Source: a virus (lineage: Duplodnaviria; Heunggongvirae; Uroviricota; Caudoviricetes). Taken from it: a stretch of DNA of 30,649 nucleotides. Shown piece after piece: positions 19,700-26,603 of the stretch. The translations under genes and the position numbers were made by a program. The notes beneath the pieces were generated by a model, which searched no databases, was not told where the DNA came from, and worked only from the letters and a program-made list of their open reading frames with translations. Position 1 is the stretch's first letter, and the number at the start of each line of letters is the position of its first letter. The stretch lies in the IMG/VR virus record IMGVR_UViG_2802429244_000003. The stretch is one strand, 5' to 3'.

Positions 19700-19760
19700 A
19701 AACTAGCCTTTTTCCGCGACGCTCCCGCCCCGTGGCAGGCCACCCCTCCGGGAGGACCCG
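19700..19760 (-). other. Cohesive end site (cos); candidate cosN core GGGCGGGAGCGT on the minus strand at 19717..19728
   Basis: Minus-strand sequence ACGGGTCCT...CCACGGGGCGGGAGCGTCGCGG resembles the lambda cosN region (ACGGGTCCT...TTACGGGGCGGCGACCTCGCGGG, recalled); positioned between Rz and the terminase small subunit exactly as in lambda. Confidence 0.6.
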
Positions 19761-20183
19761 TCAGCCTGACAGCTCTGACGAACGTCTGATACAACGCCCT
19801 GCATGAATGGCATCGGAATAATCCAGAAAGGCATAGCATCGTGCCCACAAGAATCTGTGTAAGTGTCCTGTTTCTTCCATCCCCGCACAGGACTGGCGAG
19901 CATGAGGGGCAAACCCGCGAACCATAAACGCGCTAAAAACCCTGTGTGCATCGTTTTTGATTATTCCCGCACACTCGCGCAGAAGGAGTTCCCCGTCGGG
20001 CTACGGTCTCTGTTAATGGGGGAATACGGCGACGATACGGCGCACAGAAATAGATCAGAAATCTATTGCCCACAATCCACATAAAGGCAATACATTGCAT
20101 GAGCACAGGTAATCGCCTATGCTCATGTATTGGCATTCTTTTGCCGCCGGCGAATCTTCAGCGGATTATCCTTGGCCGGTTTT

Positions 20184-20648
20184 TTATCTGAGGCATTGCT
20201 CGCTAATATATAGCTGTGCCCCCTCCAGTTGTTTTTGCATCAATATCAGCCGCTCTCTGAGGGTGAAATAATCCCGTTCAGCGGTGTCTGCCAGTCGGGG
20301 GGAGGCTGCATTATCCACGCCGGAGGCGGTGGTGGCTTCACGCACTGACTGACAGACTGCTTTGATGTGCAACCGACGACGACCAGCGGCAACATCATCA
20401 CGCAGAGCATCATTTTCAGCTTTCGCATCAGCTAACTCCTTCGTGTATTTAGCATCGAGTGCATCAGCAGCACGCTGGCGCTGCTGCATGTCAGTAATGG
20501 TGGCGGTCACCTGCTTCAGCTCACTGACTTTTTTATCACGCTGTTCTTTGTAGGCGATGGCGTTATCACGGTAATGATTAACAGCCCATGACAGGCAGAC
20601 GATGATGCAGATAGCCAGAGCATAAATAATCGCGGCAACTCTGCTCAC
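20184..20648 (-). CDS. Rz: Spanin inner membrane subunit Rz (i-spanin)
   Basis: From the GTG start reads [39 protein letters not shown]..., nearly identical to lambda Rz as recalled; GTG overlaps the endolysin stop as GTGA. Confidence 0.9.
   Translation of the reverse strand: MSRVAAIIYALAICIIVCLSWAVNHYRDNAIAYKEQRDKKVSELKQVTATITDMQQRQRAADALDAKYTKELADAKAENDALRDDVAAGRRRLHIKAVCQSVREATTASGVDNAASPRLADTAERDYFTLRERLILMQKQLEGAQLYISEQCLR
20246..20428 (-). CDS. Rz1: Spanin outer membrane lipoprotein Rz1 (o-spanin), embedded in the +1 frame of Rz
   Basis: [60 protein letters not shown]: lipobox VVGC, proline-rich, nearly identical to lambda Rz1 as recalled. Confidence 0.9.
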   Translation of the reverse strand: MRKLKMMLCVMMLPLVVVGCTSKQSVSQCVKPPPPPAWIMQPPPDWQTPLNGIISPSESG

Positions 20649-21178
20649 TGCTCTATCCCCCAACAGGCTAATACGCTTTCCTGGTCACGACGAATAACCT
20701 GACCGTAACAATTATTTGAACGAATGCGGCAATCACGTCCACCGTCCTTTATCCACCAGCGAATCGCCTCGCATGCGCCTTTACGATCACCGGCATTCAG
20801 CCGCTTATAAAACGTCGACGGAAAACACTTACCGGGGCCAATGTTATAGGGACAGAATGACGCGATACCGGCTTTCTGTGGCTCGGTCAGTGGAACTTTT
20901 ATATTGCGCTCCACCCATGCCAGCGCCTTATCCCGCTCAATGGCGTTAACCTGGGCGCATTTTTCCTTCGACAGTTTCATTCCCGGAATAACAGGTTTAC
21001 CGTCCACCATCGTTGCTCCCCGACAGATGGTCCATATGCCGGAGCCATCGCGGTATGCAGTGGTGTGATTCCCCTCTTTTTCATCCAGAAACTGATCGAG
21101 AATGTCAGGGGCAGGAGCACTGGCGGCAATCAGAGCCAGAACAGCAGCCGACAGGCTGTATCTGATTTTTACGTTCAT
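20645..21178 (-). CDS. R: Endolysin, T4-lysozyme-type muramidase with a hydrophobic Gly/Ala-rich N-terminus (likely SAR endolysin)
   Basis: 177 aa; catalytic triad pattern E...D...T in [16 protein letters not shown]; N-terminal [24 protein letters not shown]; follows a pinholin-type holin. Confidence 0.85.
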   Translation of the reverse strand: MNVKIRYSLSAAVLALIAASAPAPDILDQFLDEKEGNHTTAYRDGSGIWTICRGATMVDGKPVIPGMKLSKEKCAQVNAIERDKALAWVERNIKVPLTEPQKAGIASFCPYNIGPGKCFPSTFYKRLNAGDRKGACEAIRWWIKDGGRDCRIRSNNCYGQVIRRDQESVLACWGIEQ

Positions 21179-21291
21179 GGATATTTATCAGGATTTATCG
21201 GCTTCAAATCCCCGGATATGTTAAATCTTACCTCGCCAGTGATGGGCACTGGCGGGAGGAGGATGTCAATCTGATAAACACAGAGGTGACT

Positions 21292-21552
21292 ATGGATTAC
21301 ACAAATCTACCAAAACAAACTTTTGCTGATTTAATCGCACTCAGGCAAGCAGTCGTAGCTCTAATCAACTTGTTGCCGGAGAAGGAAAAGGAATTAGTTA
21401 AAGCGCTTCTTAACAGAACTGCCGCCGATTTTTCATCATATCCACTGACAGATGACCTTGCGGACCTTCCTGAATTAATTGCAGCGTCCGCCATTAAGCT
21501 TACTGAAGAGATTTACCCTCCTCAAAAATCTTCACAAAATTCCTGCGAGTAA
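21292..21552 (+). CDS. Hypothetical acidic 86-aa protein, oriented opposite to the late operon inside the lysis cassette
   Basis: GAGG Shine-Dalgarno 5 nt upstream of the ATG; followed by a strong intrinsic terminator; no recognisable motif. Confidence 0.45.
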   Translation: MDYTNLPKQTFADLIALRQAVVALINLLPEKEKELVKALLNRTAADFSSYPLTDDLADLPELIAASAIKLTEEIYPPQKSSQNSCE

Positions 21553-22051
21553 CTTCAATGCAATAATCGTAAAACGCCGCAAACTGCTCATCGCGGCGTT
21601 TTTTTTCATCTTCAGAAGGAATAAGCACCGACAATTTTTTATTCAGATCAGCGACGCTGCCCTCCAGTTTTTCAATGAGCGATTCAATATCATCTTTTTC
21701 TGACCGCAATGCCGTCGGTGGCGTCTTCAGAGAACCAGTAATTCTTCCCGGTAGCTTTCCTTTGTAGGTTATCCACACATTCTGCGCCTCTAAAATTATG
21801 GGGCGCTTTTCCGGCGACTGCTCATCCCCTTCACATAACCCGGCAGCAACATCCAGGAATACCTGTCTGATTCTCATTCTGGCTGCTGCCTCATAAAACT
21901 CCAGTGCAGCACCTTCAACACGATCCATAGTGATATCCAGCTCAAAAATCTCACCGTCAAAGCGTTCTTTGTCCTGTAAGGCTAAAGTTACCGTAACTTT
22001 ATGCTCAAAATTACGGACTCCTTTCACAACCAGTTCATAGTCTTGAGTCAT
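21500..22051 (-). CDS. Hypothetical soluble acidic 183-aa protein inserted between holin and endolysin
   Basis: AGGAGA Shine-Dalgarno; start 5 nt after the holin stop; no transmembrane segment or catalytic motif seen; position is analogous to the ydfR-type gene that sits between holin and lysozyme in some E. coli prophages, but the family is not recognised. Confidence 0.55.
   Translation of the reverse strand: MTQDYELVVKGVRNFEHKVTVTLALQDKERFDGEIFELDITMDRVEGAALEFYEAAARMRIRQVFLDVAAGLCEGDEQSPEKRPIILEAQNVWITYKGKLPGRITGSLKTPPTALRSEKDDIESLIEKLEGSVADLNKKLSVLIPSEDEKKRRDEQFAAFYDYCIEVTRRNFVKIFEEGKSLQ
21573..21606 (+). terminator. Strong rho-independent terminator on the plus strand (GC stem followed by T8)
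   Basis: AACGCCGC, loop, GCGGCGTT, then TTTTTTTT; 20 nt after the 86-aa ORF stop; lies inside the 3' coding sequence of the minus-strand 183-aa ORF. Confidence 0.6.
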
Positions 22052-22055
22052 TGGA

Positions 22056-22271
22056 TTACTCTCCTCTCGCAGCCTTACGCCTGTCTTCTTTAATCTTGAA
22101 ATAAAGATTTGTCAGATACGTCAGCAGGCCAAAAACCAGGCTACCCAGCACACCGATTGCAGCCCACTGTGACGGAGTTACTTTATCGAGTAACTGCAAT
22201 GCCCAGAAACCAGCATTACCCGCCGATGTGCCATAGGCAACACCTGTTGTTAACTTATCCATTGATTTCAT
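22056..22271 (-). CDS. S: Holin, phage-21 S-type pinholin with dual-start motif
   Basis: [71 protein letters not shown] matches phage 21 S pinholin as recalled; Met1 and Met4 give the antiholin/holin dual start. Confidence 0.85.
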   Translation of the reverse strand: MKSMDKLTTGVAYGTSAGNAGFWALQLLDKVTPSQWAAIGVLGSLVFGLLTYLTNLYFKIKEDRRKAARGE

Positions 22272-22490
22272 ATCCTCACCCCGATGTACACGGATGGTGC
22301 AATATGTTTGAAAATATCGGAGTCTACGGGGTAGTTTTTACAGCACACGTTGTTCTCAACGGCGCTAAAAAAACATACACATTAAAAATGTGGTTAATTA
22401 TTTTGAAAGAAAATCATATATTAATTAATAATACGAGAAATGTTTTCATATTTAGTGTACTGTATACGGCCATTTATACAGGAAAAGCCT

Positions 22491-22661
22491 ATGTCAGAAC
22501 GTAAAGACTCAAAATCACGCCGTAATTATCTCGTTAAATGTTCCTGCCCAAACTGCACCCAAGAGTCAGAACACAGTTTTTCAAGAGTACAAAAAGGTGC
22601 CCTTTTGATCTGCCCTCATTGCAACAAAGTATTCCAGACAAATCTTAAAGCTGTAGCCTGA
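22491..22661 (+). CDS. Candidate small zinc-ribbon protein (56 aa; CxxC, 17 residues, CxxC)
   Basis: MSERKDSKSRRNYLVKCSCPNCTQESEHSFSRVQKGALLICPHCNKVFQTNLKAVA; AGGA 7 nt upstream; hairpin terminator about 60 nt downstream; possible TTGAAA / TAATAA promoter elements upstream. Confidence 0.4.
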   Translation: MSERKDSKSRRNYLVKCSCPNCTQESEHSFSRVQKGALLICPHCNKVFQTNLKAVA

Positions 22662-22718
22662 TTGATTTTATTCGCAACAAGTATTTTTTATATTTTAATA
22701 ATATATTTAAAGCAGATA

Positions 22719-22745
22719 ATAAAAAACCCGCCTGAGCGGGTTTAA
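22719..22745. terminator. Bidirectional hairpin terminator, stronger on the minus strand (T6 tail)
   Basis: AAAAAACCCGC, CTGA loop, GCGGGTTT; on the minus strand the stem is followed by TTTTTTATT; lies between cspB and the holin. Confidence 0.6.
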
Positions 22746-23024
22746 TATTGTGGTGCTTTTTGTGAGAGTCATCCACTTACGCACTTTGTTTTGCTATGCC
22801 AGCAGTTAGCTTCTGCTGTAAAACTATTCATGCAGCAAACCTGCACTTCACCACAATGGTTAGCATACTTTTCCTGATTAAGTTATTACCAAATATGCTG
22901 GCCATTGTTTCATGTATTGGACCGCCTTACTCTTTATTAAAGAGATCCAATATTCACCACTCTGTCTGTATCTCCACTCAGGCATCAGCCTTCTTCGTTA
23001 TCGTATACAGACAAACTATGAATT

Positions 23025-23240
23025 TTAATCATTAATGATGACATTTGCTGCTGCAGGACCTTTAGCACCACTCTCTACAGAGAAGGTAACCTTTTGACCT
23101 TCAAATAAGGTTCGATAATTATCATTCTGAATCGCAGAAAAATGCACAAACACATCTTTACTACCATCAACAGGAGAAATAAAGCCAAAACCTTTATCAG
23201 CGTTAAACCATTTTACTAAACCAGTCATTTTATTTGACAT
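23025..23240 (-). CDS. cspB: Cold shock protein, CspA family (CspB-like)
   Basis: [67 protein letters not shown]: cold-shock domain with the RNP1 motif KGFGFI; long 5' UTR region upstream. Confidence 0.9.
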   Translation of the reverse strand: MSNKMTGLVKWFNADKGFGFISPVDGSKDVFVHFSAIQNDNYRTLFEGQKVTFSVESGAKGPAAANVIIND

Positions 23241-23539
23241 TCTACATTCCTTAACTTGAGCCTTTCGGCATAAATGGTTTGTATAACAGAAACGACTTCG
23301 TACTTAATTGGAGAGACTCAAAGAAGGAATAAGTGAATAACACCTGAAATGAGAACTGCTTTAGTAAACTACTTCGTATATCGTCTGTTCTTCAAACCGA
23401 CGCAATCATTAACGCATAGTTGAACATATGAAGCAATGTTTATTTTAGACATCCAGCCATCTTCAACCCCATCAAAAAACTATAGCTTTCTTCAGGAACG
23501 TGTGTATAGTGCGCCAAGTTATCAGTATTAAGGAATTTT

Positions 23540-23752
23540 TTGTCCCGTAAAATGACAGGAATTGTCAAAACCTTTGACTACAAAAGCGGCAAAGGTCTTA
23601 TCATACCATCCGATGGCCGTATCGATGTCCAGCTGCACGTTTCTGCTCTCAATCTCCGCGATGCAGAAGAAATTACCACAGGATTACGCGTGGAATTTTG
23701 CCGAATCAATGGTCTACGTGGACCTTCAGCTGCCAATGTTTATCTTTCATGA
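23540..23752 (+). CDS. cspF: Divergent cold-shock-domain protein (CspF/CspH-like, lacking the canonical RNP motifs)
   Basis: (M)[69 protein letters not shown]; the track start is a TTG with AGGA 5 nt upstream; an in-frame ATG lies 12 nt downstream. Confidence 0.85.
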   Translation: MSRKMTGIVKTFDYKSGKGLIIPSDGRIDVQLHVSALNLRDAEEITTGLRVEFCRINGLRGPSAANVYLS

Positions 23753-23806
23753 GCTATATTAAAGCTTTTACTTTAAGCCCCATCGGATCACACATGGAGA
23801 GTTTTT

Positions 23807-23896
23807 ATGAATAACCCCGTCTGCCTTGATGACTGGTTGATTGGCTTTAAAAGCTTATGCTGTACTTTGGCCGTAATAGCTCTGCTAATAATATAA
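23807..23896 (+). CDS. Candidate 29-aa hydrophobic peptide (type-I-toxin-like small membrane protein)
   Basis: [29 protein letters not shown]; GGAGAG Shine-Dalgarno 5 nt upstream of the ATG; below the ORF-track size cutoff; found by manual reading. Confidence 0.3.
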
Positions 23897-24044
23897 TAAG
23901 CAGACTCATTGTGTTTAGGGACATTGTACTGGAAGAAAACATTTTAAACATCAGGCAAATAACTAAGTCACCAGCTAAATAATAAGTTAACAGACATGGG
24001 TCCCGGGATGAGGTTCAACATCACCATTGCCCCATTTAAAGCAC

Positions 24045-24080
24045 AAAACCCGCTCATCAGCGGGTTTTCTAATTTCTTTC
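24045..24080 (+). terminator. Hairpin terminator downstream of cspF and the small peptide ORF
   Basis: AACCCGC, TCATCA loop, GCGGGTT, then TTCTAATTTCTTT. Confidence 0.5.
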
Positions 24081-24358
24081 TAAACATCAGATATACAAAG
24101 CCCATCATTGAGGGAATCTTATCCATATTTTTTGAAAAATGCAAGCATCACGTTGCCATCTTCATTGAAAAACCTTTATCGTGTTACTTTTATCAATTGC
24201 ACTTCAGCATAGAGTTATCCCAGGCAGCACTTTAAAGACTTCTACATTACACACACCTTGTCTCCCCTTCTCGTCATATCTGCAAGACCGATATGCATGA
24301 CGCAGTACATACGCTGAACTGCTTTATCCATCAGCATATTCTAGTGCTAAAGCGACTT

Positions 24359-24386
24359 CAGTAGCAGAAGCAAAATTCTGCTACTG
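24359..24386. repeat. Perfect 11-bp inverted repeat, CAGTAGCAGAA and TTCTGCTACTG separated by a 6-nt spacer
   Basis: Read directly from the sequence; about 140 bp upstream of the DUF883-like gene; no T-tract on either side, so it is unlikely to be an intrinsic terminator. Confidence 0.5.
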
Positions 24387-24523
24387 TGCCAAACAGGAGT
24401 AAACGTCATTTTATGTAATGTTGATTGAGTGGTCATAGTATCACCTCAATAACAGCTCTTCGCCCTATCATTGAAAGCATATCTGCTATAATTAAAAAGC
24501 CACTTAACATCAGGACTTCAAAC

Positions 24524-24709
24524 ATGACTTCAAATCAATCTGAAAACGAAATAGTTAATACTGTCAAAAAATATGCATCATGTGCTGACGATGCTTTGCA
24601 GGCAGGCAAAGAAAACGTTAAAGATAAATTTAGAAATTATCCACTGACTAGCGTGGTGGTCGCTCTAAGCATAGGGTTAACGCTTGGTTTTATTATTGGC
24701 AGAAAATAA
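24524..24709 (+). CDS. Small C-terminally membrane-anchored protein, DUF883-like (ElaB/YqjD/YgaM family)
   Basis: MTSNQSENEIVNTVKKYASCADDALQAGKENVKDKFRNYPLTSVVVALSIGLTLGFIIGRK; the C-terminal single transmembrane segment ending in basic residues is typical of the family; AGGA upstream. The track ORF would extend to a TTG at 24425. Confidence 0.55.
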   Translation: MTSNQSENEIVNTVKKYASCADDALQAGKENVKDKFRNYPLTSVVVALSIGLTLGFIIGRK

Positions 24710-24766
24710 TCTTAAGCCTCCCATAAGTCGTACACAATCACATCTACCAATTAATGTTCCATTAGT

Positions 24767-24794
24767 AAAAAACCACCTCCTGTGGAGGTGGTTT
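24767..24794. terminator. Bidirectional hairpin terminator (CCACCTCC, TGT loop, GGAGGTGG), T6 on the minus strand
   Basis: A-tract and T-tract flank an 8-bp GC-rich stem; ends the plus-strand DUF883-like gene and the minus-strand small ORFs. Confidence 0.6.
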
Positions 24795-24845
24795 AAGGAT
24801 AGCAACAAAACACAACCTACTTTAAACGGCTATATTCTGCTATAT

Positions 24846-24965
24846 CTAAATAATAGGTTCTCTTTTATCATCCGGTGAAAAAGGGTTCAATGGTTGCCCC
24901 TCATCAGGACGCTCAACGGGCTCATCATCAGGCTTACGGTCATCAAAATCTGGATGTTCTGACAT
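24846..24965 (-). CDS. Candidate small hydrophilic protein (39 aa, acidic, proline-rich)
   Basis: MSEHPDFDDRKPDDEPVERPDEGQPLNPFSPDDKREPII; G-rich sequence upstream (GGGTGG) but only 3 nt from the ATG; followed by a terminator about 55 nt downstream; below the ORF-track cutoff. Confidence 0.3.
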   Translation of the reverse strand: MSEHPDFDDRKPDDEPVERPDEGQPLNPFSPDDKREPII

Positions 24966-25000
24966 ATTCCACCCTAGTATTTTTATGCAGGAAAGATTAT

Positions 25001-25108
25001 TTACTCTTTCCGGTTGTCTTTTTTATTATCCTTACCCTTACTATCCTCATTGTTTTTATTCCTGTCATGAGATTTTTCATTTGAATCACTTACATATAAT
25101 GTATTCAT
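25001..25108 (-). CDS. Candidate small hydrophilic protein (35 aa, lysine- and asparagine-rich)
   Basis: MNTLYVSDSNEKSHDRNKNNEDSKGKDNKKDNRKE; GGAG 5 nt upstream of the ATG; in tandem with the 39-aa ORF. Confidence 0.3.
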   Translation of the reverse strand: MNTLYVSDSNEKSHDRNKNNEDSKGKDNKKDNRKE

Positions 25109-25707
25109 GGGGACTCCAGTTTTTTAACAGCACAATGCTGTATCTGTAATTATAGATGCAATTAATCATTATGGTATGTATGTTTCATGCACAAATCAGA
25201 AACGCATCTAGTGCTTTAATTAATATGGATTTTATTGCTGTAGATTTACAAAAATTTTCATAATTAACCAGCAATATAAGACAAATATCTCATAACATGA
25301 GGGAAATCAAGCTCATTTAAAGCAATTTATAATTTTCATCCTACTATTTTCCCTACACTGCCAACACCAGTTTCGTCGCAACACTCTGACAAGACACCTA
25401 TAAAATCAGTTTCGTTATCACCTTAATTTTCTTCATGGGTAACAAACCGGTAATACATCGATAGCCTGATTGATGCACGTTACTGTTACCTCTTCCCTGC
25501 ATCAGGATGGCTTCCCAAGATGATATGGTTAATCACACTGGAACATTCACGCATAACCGTTTCCTTCATATCCTGCCGTTTTAGCATGTCTTTTCCCCTT
25601 CTTGTTAATATCAATGACTAACACAAATCTAAAAAAGCCAGCAATGTAAAAAAACTGCATTCACGGCAACCAGAATGGTTACCGTTCTGCACAAAGTTTA
25701 TGTCCAC

Positions 25708-25727
25708 AAAAAAACCACTCTGCGCGG
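25708..25727 (-). terminator. Candidate tR'-like terminator about 110 nt downstream of Q
   Basis: On the minus strand a short GC stem (CCGCGCAGAGTGG) is followed by TTTTTTT; position is analogous to lambda tR', where Q-dependent antitermination acts. Confidence 0.35.
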
Positions 25728-25837
25728 CTTATTGATATTTTCCACCGGTATGCATATAAGGCTCATCATTGGAAAACTCTTTGCACGTTTCCTTAGAAAA
25801 TACAATCGTTATGTCGCCATCGTTCGGTGAAAATCTT

Positions 25838-26590
25838 TTATCTTGTCACTTTTCTCAGTTGTGCTTCTGCATACGCTTCTTCCTGCCAGCACTTTGTTAC
25901 CAGTTTATCAATGACGTCCGCATACCCCTTGTACCACTGATAATCTGTCAGGTCCGGTACCAACTTCTGGACATGACGTCGTGCCAGTGTGGTCGGTAAA
26001 CGACTAAACCTGTTTCCATTACAACGCCCACAAATCTTATAAACCGGTACGCCATGAAGCCGGGTTCTTTTTTCATCCAGGACAATACCTTTACCCTTAC
26101 ACCCTCTGCACGCTGTGCTGACTTCGCCCTTACCATGGCAATGCTGACATAGTTCCTTCCCCCATTCTTCCTTGATAACAGATTCCCCACTTCTGTAGTG
26201 TTTCACCACTTCGCGCAATACATTATGAAATCCCGTACCTGCACAATGTTCACAGCGAGCCTTACTTGCCGCAGACCTGGAATAATCAGCAAAGGCAAAA
26301 TTCACAAGGTAAGGGATGATCTGTAACCGGGTTTCTTCACTCAATTTGTTCAATATCGGGTTATCCAGTGCCATCGCGTAATTGAGCAGACCTTCAATCG
26401 CAAACTGAGGGTCCTGAACACCAACTTTTGCCAGGAATAAGGCAAACCCAAGCGGTGCTTTCGACTGCACCATCCCCTGCGCAGCCATCACATCCGTAAT
26501 TGCTAAACCACCTGAGTCTGTCGCCGGTGCGTCATCGCTCAATTTTGGAGGTTTTGGGGAGTAATATTTTGGTAAGGCTTCAAGGTTCAT
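25838..26590 (-). CDS. Q: Late gene antiterminator Q (zinc-binding)
   Basis: 250 aa from MNLEALPKYY...; contains CEHCAGTG...CQHCHGKG...CRGCKGKG...CGRCNG Cys motifs; GGAGA Shine-Dalgarno; located upstream of the lysis cassette as quuQ is in the Qin prophage. Confidence 0.8.
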   Translation of the reverse strand: MNLEALPKYYSPKPPKLSDDAPATDSGGLAITDVMAAQGMVQSKAPLGFALFLAKVGVQDPQFAIEGLLNYAMALDNPILNKLSEETRLQIIPYLVNFAFADYSRSAASKARCEHCAGTGFHNVLREVVKHYRSGESVIKEEWGKELCQHCHGKGEVSTACRGCKGKGIVLDEKRTRLHGVPVYKICGRCNGNRFSRLPTTLARRHVQKLVPDLTDYQWYKGYADVIDKLVTKCWQEEAYAEAQLRKVTR

Positions 26591-26603
26591 GCTCGTTCTC
26601 CAC

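Noticed and set aside
19850-20180. Possible bor-like lipoprotein gene, or other coding, between Rz and cos
   Set aside because: The ORFs here (73 and 67 aa) lack ribosome binding sites and do not resemble the lambda Bor lipoprotein; the interval more likely holds cos-proximal packaging sequence. Two short inverted repeats were noted but not called.
23996-24235. 79-aa plus-strand ORF
   Set aside because: It spans a hairpin terminator and AT-rich non-coding sequence, with no Shine-Dalgarno and implausible composition.
24875-25084. 69-aa plus-strand ORF
   Set aside because: It overlaps the two minus-strand micro-ORFs that have better initiation signals; hydrophobic low-complexity translation of AT-rich DNA.
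22272-25838. tRNA genes in the Q to S interval, as seen in some Stx-type lambdoid phages
   Set aside because: Scanning for T-loop-like GGTTCGAATCC-type motifs and cloverleaf-compatible flanks on both strands found none.
25948-26190. 80-aa minus-strand ORF
   Set aside because: An alternative frame inside the Q gene; no independent start context.
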